From NCBI RefSeq assembly GCF_009914755.1, contig NC_060948.1: a stretch of 64,000 bases of DNA. One strand, 5' to 3'. Source of the stretch: the human T2T-CHM13v2.0 reference genome, Homo sapiens. A program made the translations under genes and the position numbers. This document shows positions 55,101 through 64,000 of the stretch, piece after piece (position 1 is the first letter of the stretch; each line of letters opens with the position of its first letter). The notes under the pieces were generated by a model that saw nothing but the letters and a program-made list of their open reading frames with translations, ran no database searches and was not told where the DNA came from.

Positions 55101-58100
55101 GAATAGAACAGAATGGAATCAAATCGAATGAAATGGAATGGAATAGAAAGGAATGGAATGAAATGGAATGGAAAGGATTCGAATGGAATGCAATCGAATG
55201 GAATGGAATCGAACGGAATGGAATAAAATGGAAGCAAACTGGCAAGAAATGGAATCGAAATGAATGGAGTGTTATGGAACGGACTCCAAAGGAATTGAAT
55301 GTAATAGAATGGAGTGGAGTGGACTCGAATATAATGGACTGGAATGGAATGAAATCACATGGAATGGGAACGAATGGAATGGAATGGAAAGGAATGGAAT
55401 CGAATGGAAAGGAATCGAATGGAAGGGAATGAAATTGAATCAACAGGAATGGAAGGGAATAGAATAGACGGTAATGGAATGGACTCGAATAGAATGGACA
55501 CGAATGCTCAAATTGAATGGACTCGAATGGAATGGAAACGAAAGGAATGTCATCGAATGGAATTGAATCGATTGGAATGAAATGGCATAGAATGGAGTGG
55601 AATCAAATGGAATTGAATCGAAAGGAAAGGAAGCGAATGGACTGAAATGAAATGGAATGGAATTGAATGGAAAGGAAAGCAATGGAATAGAATGGAACGA
55701 AATTTCACGGAATGGAATCAAACTGAATGGAATCAAATCAATGGAATATAATCAAATGGAATGGAAAGGAATTGATTGGAGTAGATGGGATTGGATGGGA
55801 TTGGAATGAAATGTACTGGAAAGGACTCGAATTTCATGAAACGGAATGGAATGAATTGGAACGGAATGGACTCGAATGGAATGGAATGTCATGGAATGGC
55901 ATCAAATGGAATGGCATCAAATGGAATGGAATCGAATGCAATGGAATGCTATGGAATGGAATGGAATGCATTGGAATGGAATGTCCTCTAATGGAATGGA
56001 TTCGAGTGGAATGGAATCGAATATAATGGAGTCGAATGAAATGGAATTGAAAGGAAAGGGATCGAATACAATGGAATATACTGGAATGTAATGTAATGAA
56101 CTCGAATGTAATTGACTGGAATGGAATGTACATAAATGGAATGTAATCAAATGGAAAGTAATCCAATGGAATAGAATCTAATGCAATAAAATCGACTCAG
56201 ATAGAGTAGAATGTAATGGAATGGAGTGCAGTGCAATGGAATGGAATGGAATGGAATGCAATGGAATGGAATGGAATGGGATGGAATTGTATGGAATGGA
56301 ATGGAATGGAATGGAATGGGATGGAATGGTATGGAATGGATAGAAATGGACTGGAGTGAAATGGACTGGAAAGGAATGGACTCAAATTGAAAGGGCTCGA
56401 AAGGAATGGAGTCAAATGGAATGGTCTGGAATGGAATGAACACGAATGTAATGCAATCCAATAGAATGGAATCGAATGGCATGGAATATAAAGAAATGGA
56501 ATCGAAGAGAATGGAAACAAACGGAATGGAATTGAATGGAATGGAATTGAATGGAATGGGAACGAATGGAGTGAAATTGTATGCAGTAGAAGAGAATACA
56601 ATGGAATGCAAGCGAAAGGAAAGGAATGGATTGGAATGGAATGGAATTCATTGGAATGGAAGGGAATGTAGTGTAATGGACAGGCCTGGAATAAAGTGGA
56701 ATGCTACGGTCTCGAATGGAATAAAAATGTATGGAATGGAATGCAATGAAACGGAATCGAATGTCATAGAATGTAATGGAATGCAAAAAAATGGACTCCG
56801 AAATCATTGACTGGAAAGGCTGGGTGTCGAAAGGAATTGACTCCAATGGAATGGAATCGAATGGAATGGAAGTGAATAGAATCGAACTAAATCGAATGGA
56901 ATGGAATTGATAGGAACTGAATGGAAAGGAATGAAATGATTTGGCATGGAATGGAATCGAATGGCATCGAATGGAATGGAATGGAATGCAATGCAATGGA
57001 ATGTATTAGAATGTAATGAACTTTAATGGAATGTACTCGAATGGATTCGACTGGAATGGAATGTTCTGGAAGTGAATGGACTCCAATGGAATGGATTGAA
57101 AAGGAATGGAATCGTACGGAATGGAATCTAATGGAATGGAATTAAATGGAAATGAATCAAATTGAATAGCACGGAATTGAATTGAATGGAATCGAATGCA
57201 ATGGAATCTAATGAAACGGAAAGAAAAGGAATGGAATGGAATGGAATGGGCTGGAATGGAAAGGAATCGAAACGAATGGAATGGAATCGAACTGAGGAGA
57301 CTGGAATGGAATGCACTTCAACGGAAGGGAGTGTAATGGAAGGTTCTCGAAAAAAATGGAAACGAATGGAATGGAATTGAATGGAACGGAATAGAGTCGA
57401 ATGGAATTGAATGGAATGGAATGGACTAGAGTGAAATGGAATCGAACCACAAGGAATGGACAGGAATAGAATGGTCTCGAATTGAATGGAATCGTATGGA
57501 ATGGCATCAAACGGAATGGAATGGACAGCCACGGAATGGAATGCACTCGAATGCAATGGAGTCGAAACTAATGGACTGGAATAGAATGGACTCGACTGGT
57601 ACGGACTCCAATGGAATGGAATCGAATGGAAGGGAATCGAACGCAATGGACTCGAAGGGAAAAGACTGCAATGGAAAGGTCTCGAATGGAATGGAAATTA
57701 ATGGAATGGAATGGAATCGAATGAAATGGAGTCAAAAGGAATGGAATTGAATGGCAAGAAATCGAATGTAATGGAATCACAAGGAATTGATGTGAACGGA
57801 ACGGAATGGAATGGAATCCAAAGGAATGGAATAGAATGGAATGGAATCGAATGGAAAGGACTCGAATGGAAATCACTCGAATAGAATGCAATTTAATAAA
57901 ATAGGATGAAATGTAATGGAATGGAATGGAAAGGAATCGAAACGAAAGGAATGGAGACAGATGGAATGGAATGGAACAGAGAGCAATGGTATAGAATGGA
58001 ATGGAATCATCTGGAATGGAATTGAATGGAATGGAATAATATGAAATGGAATGGAATGGAATGGAATGCCCTTGAATTAAATGGACTGGAATGGAATGGA

Positions 58101-60472
58101 CTCGAACAGAGTGGAATGGAAAGTGTTGAGATAGAATGGAATGGACTCCTTTGGAATGGTCTAGTATGCAATGCAATGGACTGGCAGGGAATCAAAAGGA
58201 ATGTAATCGAATGGATTGGACTGGAATGCAATGGACTCGAATAGATTGGAAACGGAATGCAAAGGAATGGAATGGAATAGTATGGAATGGAATGGAAAGG
58301 AATGGAGTGGAATAGACTAGAGTGGAATGGAATGGACTCGAAAGCAATGGACTGGAATGGAACTTTCTTGAATGGACTGGAATCAAACGGAATGGAATGC
58401 AATGCAATCAAATGGCATGGAATAAAATAGAATGAAAGAGAATCAAATGGAATTGAATCGAATGGAATCGAATGGATTGGAAAGGAATAGAATGGAATGG
58501 AATGGAATTGACTCAAATGGAATGGACTAGAATGGAATGGATTCGAATGGAAGGCAAAGGAATGGAATCTATTGGAATGGACAGCAATGGAATGGAAAGG
58601 AAGGGATTGGAATGGACTCGAATGGAATGGACTGCAATAGAAAGGATTCGAATGGAATGAAAAAGAATTGAATGGAATAGAACAGAATGGAATCAAATCG
58701 AATGAAATGGAATGGAATAGAAAGGAATGGAATGAAATGGAATGGAAAGGATTCGAATGGAATGCAATCGAATGGAATGGAATCGAACGGAATGGAATAA
58801 AATGGAAGCAAACTGGCAAGAAATGGAATCGAAATGAATGGAGTGTTATGGAACGGACTCCAAAGGAATTGAATGTAATAGAATGGAGTGGAGTGGACTC
58901 GAATATAATGGACTGGAATGGAATGAAATCACATGGAATGGGAACGAATGGAATGGAATGGAAAGGAATGGAATCGAATGGAAAGGAATCGAATGGAAGG
59001 GAATGAAATTGAATCAACAGGAATGGAAGGGAATAGAATAGACGGTAATGGAATGGACTCGAATAGAATGGACACGAATGCTCAAATTGAATGGACTCGA
59101 ATGGAATGGAAACGAAAGGAATGTCATCGAATGGAATTGAATCGATTGGAATGAAATGGCATAGAATGGAGTGGAATCAAATGGAATTGAATCGAAAGGA
59201 AAGGAAGCGAATGGACTGAAATGAAATGGAATGGAATTGAATGGAAAGGAAAGCAATGGAATAGAATGGAACGAAATTTCACGGAATGGAATCAAACTGA
59301 ATGGAATCAAATCAATGGAATATAATCAAATGGAATGGAAAGGAATTGATTGGAGTAGATGGGATTGGATGGGATTGGAATGAAATGTACTGGAAAGGAC
59401 TCGAATTTCATGAAACGGAATGGAATGAATTGGAACGGAATGGACTCGAATGGAATGGAATGTCATGGAATGGCATCAAATGGAATGGCATCAAATGGAA
59501 TGGAATCGAATGCAATGGAATGCTATGGAATGGAATGGAATGCATTGGAATGGAATGTCCTCTAATGGAATGGATTCGAGTGGAATGGAATCGAATATAA
59601 TGGAGTCGAATGAAATGGAATTGAAAGGAAAGGGATCGAATACAATGGAATATACTGGAATGTAATGTAATGAACTCGAATGTAATTGACTGGAATGGAA
59701 TGTACATAAATGGAATGTAATCAAATGGAAAGTAATCCAATGGAATAGAATCTAATGCAATAAAATCGACTCAGATAGAGTAGAATGTAATGGAATGGAG
59801 TGCAGTGCAATGGAATGGAATGGAATGGAATGCAATGGAATGGAATGGAATGGGATGGAATTGTATGGAATGGAATGGAATGGAATGGAATGGGATGGAA
59901 TGGTATGGAATGGATAGAAATGGACTGGAGTGAAGTGGACTGGAAAGGAATGGACTCAAATTGAAAGGGCTCGAAAGGAATGGAGTCAAATGGAATGGTC
60001 TGGAATGGAATGAACACGAATGTAATGCAATCCAATAGAATGGAATCGAATGGCATGGAATATAAAGAAATGGAATCGAAGAGAATGGAAACAAACGGAA
60101 TAGAATTGAATGGAATGGAATTGAATGGAATGGGAACGAATGGAGTGAAATTGTATGCAGTAGAAGAGAATACAATGGAATGCAAGCGAAAGGAAAGGAA
60201 TGGATTGGAATGGAATGGAATTCATTGGAATGGAAGGGAATGTAGTGTAATGGACAGGCCTGGAATAAAGTGGAATGCTACGGTCTCGAATGGAATAAAA
60301 ATGTATGGAATGGAATGCAATGAAACGGAATCGAATGTCATAGAATGTAATGGAATGCAAAAAAATGGACTCCGAAATCATTGACTGGAAAGGCTGGGTG
60401 TCGAAAGGAATTGACTCCAATGGAATGGAATCGAATGGAATGGAAGTGAATAGAATCGAACTAAATCGAATG
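46177..60472 (+). repeat. DYZ1 units U14-U17 (4 x 3,574 bp, B type; starts 46177, 49751, 53325, 56899)
   Basis: ORF anchors 46406, 49980, 53554, 57128 and 60702 are spaced exactly 3,574 bp. Confidence 0.93.
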
Positions 60473-63400
60473 GAATGGAATTGATAGGAACTGAATGGAA
60501 AGGAATGAAATGATTTGGCATGGAATGGAATCGAATGGCATCGAATGGAATGGAATGGAATGCAATGCAATGGAATGTATTAGAATGTAATGAACTTTAA
60601 TGGAATGTACTCGAATGGATTCGACTGGAATGGAATGTTCTGGAAGTGAATGGACTCCAATGGAATGGATTGAAAAGGAATGGAATCGTACGGAATGGAA
60701 TCTAATGGAATGGAATTAAATGGAAATGAATGAAATTGAATAGCACGGAATTGAATTGAATGGAATCGAATGCAATGGAATCTAATGAAACGGAAAGAAA
60801 AGGAATGGAATGGAATGGAATGGGCTGGAATGGAAAGGAATCGAAACGAATGGAATGGAATCGAACTGAGGAGACTGGAATGGAATGCACTTCAACGGAA
60901 GGGAGTGTAATGGAAGGTTCTCGAAAAAAATGGAAACGAATGGAATGGAATTGAATGGAACGGAATAGAGTCGAATGGAATTGAATGGAATGGAATGGAC
61001 TAGAGTGAAATGGAATCGAACCACAAGGAATGGACAGGAATAGAATGGTCTCGAATTGAATGGAATCGTATGGAATGGCATCAAACGGAATGGAATGGAC
61101 AGCCACGGAATGGAATGCACTCGAATGCAATGGAGTCGAAACTAATGGACTGGAATAGAATGGACTCGACTGGTACGGACTCCAATGGAATGGAATCGAA
61201 TGGAAGGGAATCGAACGCAATGGACTCGAAGGGAAAAGACTGCAATGGAAAGGTCTCGAATGGAATGGAAATTAATGGAATGGAATGGAATCGAATGAAA
61301 TGGAGTCAAAAGGAATGGAATTGAATGGCAAGAAATCGAATGTAATGGAATCACAAGGAATTGATGTGAACGGAACGGAATGGAATGGAATCCAAAGGAA
61401 TGGAATAGAATGGAATGGAATCGAATGGAAAGGACTCGAATGGAAATCACTCGAATAGAATGCAATTTAATAAAATAGGATGAAATGTAATGGAATGGAA
61501 TGGAAAGGAATCGAAACGAAAGGAATGGAGACAGATGGAATGGAATGGAACAGAGAGCAATGGTATAGAATGGAATGGAATCATCTGGAATGGAATTGAA
61601 TGGAATGGAATAATATGAAATGGAATGGAATGGAATGGAATGCCCTTGAATTAAATGGACTGGAATGGAATGGACTCGAACAGAGTGGAATGGAAAGTGT
61701 TGAGATAGAATGGAATGGACTCCTTTGGAATGGTCTAGTATGCAATGCAATGGACTGGCAGGGAATCAAAAGGAATGTAATCGAATGGATTGGACTGGAA
61801 TGCAATGGACTCGAATAGATTGGAAACGGAATGCAAAGGAATGGAATGGAATAGTATGGAATGGAATGGAAAGGAATGGAGTGGAATAGACTAGAGTGGA
61901 ATGGAATGGACTCGAAAGCAATGGACTGGAATGGAACTTTCTTGAATGGACTGGAATCAAACGGAATGGAATGCAATGCAATCAAATGGCATGGAATAAA
62001 ATAGAATGAAAGAGAATCAAATGGAATTGAATCGAATGCAATCGAATGGATTGGAAAGGAATAGAATGGAATGGAATGGAATTGACTCAAATGGAATGGA
62101 CTAGAATGGAATGGATTCGAATGGAAGGCAAAGGAATGGAATCTATTGGAATGGACAGCAATGGAATGGAAAGGAAGGGATTGGAATGGACTCGAATGGA
62201 ATGGACTGCAATAGAAAGGATTCGAATGGAATGAAAAAGAATTGAATGGAATAGAACAGAATGGAATCAAATCGAATGAAATGGAATGGAATAGAAAGGA
62301 ATGGAATGAAATGGAATGGAAAGGATTCGAATGGAATGCAATCGAATGGAATGGAATCGAACGGAATGGAATAAAATGGAAGCAAACTGGCAAGAAATGG
62401 AATCGAAATGAATGGAGTGTTATGGAACGGACTCCAAAGGAATTGAATGTAATAGAATGGAGTGGAGTGGACTCGAATATAATGGACTGGAATGGAATGA
62501 AATCACATGGAATGGGAACGAATGGAATGGAATGGAAAGGAATGGAATCGAATGGAAAGGAATCGAATGGAAGGGAATGAAATTGAATCAACAGGAATGG
62601 AAGGGAATAGAATAGACGGTAATGGAATGGACTCGAATAGAATGGACACGAATGCTCAAATTGAATGGACTCGAATGGAATGGAAACGAAAGGAATGTCA
62701 TCGAATGGAATTGAATCGATTGGAATGAAATGGCATAGAATGGAGTGGAATCAAATGGAATTGAATCGAAAGGAAAGGAAGCGAATGGACTGAAATGAAA
62801 TGGAATGGAATTGAATGGAAAGGAAAGCAATGGAATAGAATGGAACGAAATTTCACGGAATGGAATCAAACTGAATGGAATCAAATCAATGGAATATAAT
62901 CAGATGGAATGGAAAGGAATTGATTGGAGTAGATGGGATTGGATGGGATTGGAATGAAATGTACTGGAAAGGACTCGAATTTCATGAAACGGAATGGAAT
63001 GAATTGGAACGGAATGGACTCGAATGGAATGGAATGTCATGGAATGGCATCAAATGGAATGGCATCAAATGGAATGGAATCGAATGCAATGGAATGCTAT
63101 GGAATGGAATGGAATGCATTGGAATGGAATGTCCTCTAATGGAATGGATTCGAGTGGAATGGAATCGAATATAATGGAGTCGAATGAAATGGAATTGAAA
63201 GGAAAGGGATCGAATACAATGGAATATACTGGAATGTAATGTAATGAACTCGAATGTAATTGACTGGAATGGAATGTACATAAATGGAATGTAATCAAAT
63301 GGAAAGTAATCCAATGGAATAGAATCTAATGCAATAAAATCGACTCAGATAGAGTAGAATGTAATGGAATGGAGTGCAGTGCAATGGAATGGAATGGAAT

Positions 63401-64000
63401 GGAATGCAATGGAATGGAATGGAATGGGATGGAATTGTATGGAATGGAATGGAATGGAATGGAATGGGATGGAATGGTATGGAATGGATAGAAATGGACT
63501 GGAGTGAAATGGACTGGAAAGGAATGGACTCAAATTGAAAGGGCTCGAAAGGAATGGAGTCAAATGGAATGGTCTGGAATGGAATGAACACGAATGTAAT
63601 GCAATCCAATAGAATGGAATCGAATGGCATGGAATATAAAGAAATGGAATCGAAGAGAATGGAAACAAACGGAATGGAATTGAATGGAATGGAATTGAAT
63701 GGAATGGGAACGAATGGAGTGAAATTGTATGCAGTAGAAGAGAATACAATGGAATGCAAGCGAAAGGAAAGGAATGGATTGGAATGGAATGGAATTCATT
63801 GGAATGGAAGGGAATGTAGTGTAATGGACAGGCCTGGAATAAAGTGGAATGCTACGGTCTCGAATGGAATAAAAATGTATGGAATGGAATGCAATGAAAC
63901 GGAATCGAATGTCATAGAATGTAATGGAATGCAAAAAAATTTACTCCAAAATCATTGACTGGAAAGGCTGGGTGTCGAAAGGAATTGACTCCAATGGAAT
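60473..64000 (+). repeat. DYZ1 unit U18 (B type, cut by the window end about 46 bp short)
   Basis: Same landmarks at +3,574 from U17. Confidence 0.9.

Larger units (their letters stand above)
1..64000 (+). repeat. DYZ1: HSat3 / DYZ1 tandem satellite array (human Yq12 heterochromatin), GGAAT-rich strand on +, about 18 units of ~3.55 kb
   Basis: Degenerate GGAAT pentamers throughout. Landmarks (CCACAAGG, GCCCTTGAATTAAA, GGCTGGGTGTCG, ACAGGCCTGG) recur every 3,529-3,574 bp. One GAATTC and one GGCC per unit match the classic 3.4-3.6 kb EcoRI/HaeIII DYZ1 repeat. Most unit lengths are 5n-1, like the 3,564-bp DYZ1 clone. Confidence 0.97.

Noticed and set aside
230-63958. Hundreds of ORFs up to 336 aa (IPFHS-rich on minus, MEWNG-rich on plus)
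   Set aside because: Pure (TTCCA)n and (GGAAT)n have no stop codon in any frame, so overlapping ORFs arise in all frames. They repeat with the unit, show no domains, and are freely broken by unit variants.
1-64000. CRISPR-like or repeat-spacer system
   Set aside because: No constant repeats with unique spacers and no associated genes; whole 3.5 kb units repeat almost identically.
1-64000. Embedded DYZ2/Alu/L1 insertion, inversion or unique island
   Set aside because: Unit spacing is fully explained by small indels and GGAAT polarity never flips.
1-64000. Assignment to HSat2 or to autosomal HSat3 (chr9, chr15 etc.)
   Set aside because: It lacks the HSat2 CATTCGATTC/ATCATC periodic pattern, and the 3.5-3.6 kb period with Y-specific primer sites favours DYZ1.
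1-64000. DYZ1-derived non-coding transcript locus
   Set aside because: Yq12 satellite transcripts are known, but no start, end or splice site can be assigned to any copy from sequence alone.

Overview
The whole 64 kb window is one uninterrupted, single-orientation human satellite 3 (HSat3) array built from degenerate (GGAAT)n pentamers. It is organised as about 18 near-identical head-to-tail units of 3,529-3,574 bp. Unit size, one EcoRI and one HaeIII/StuI site per unit, and matches to classic Y-specific PCR primer sites identify it as DYZ1 from Yq12 heterochromatin. I see no genes, RNA genes, transposons, DYZ2/Alu blocks or CRISPR arrays, and every ORF in the track is a translation of the pentamer. 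I cannot support a new gene system here. The real structure lies inside the satellite: (1) three perfect heat-shock elements (nGAAnnTTCnnGAAn) per unit, kept in all 18 copies; (2) two unit subfamilies (short A, long B) that interleave in ~7.1 kb pairs; (3) an internal pentamer VNTR with a 40-bp duplication that sets unit length; (4) an out-of-register single-unit duplication, a likely six-unit-offset duplication, chimeric units and a recently homogenised distal block. All comparisons were made by eye, not by alignment.
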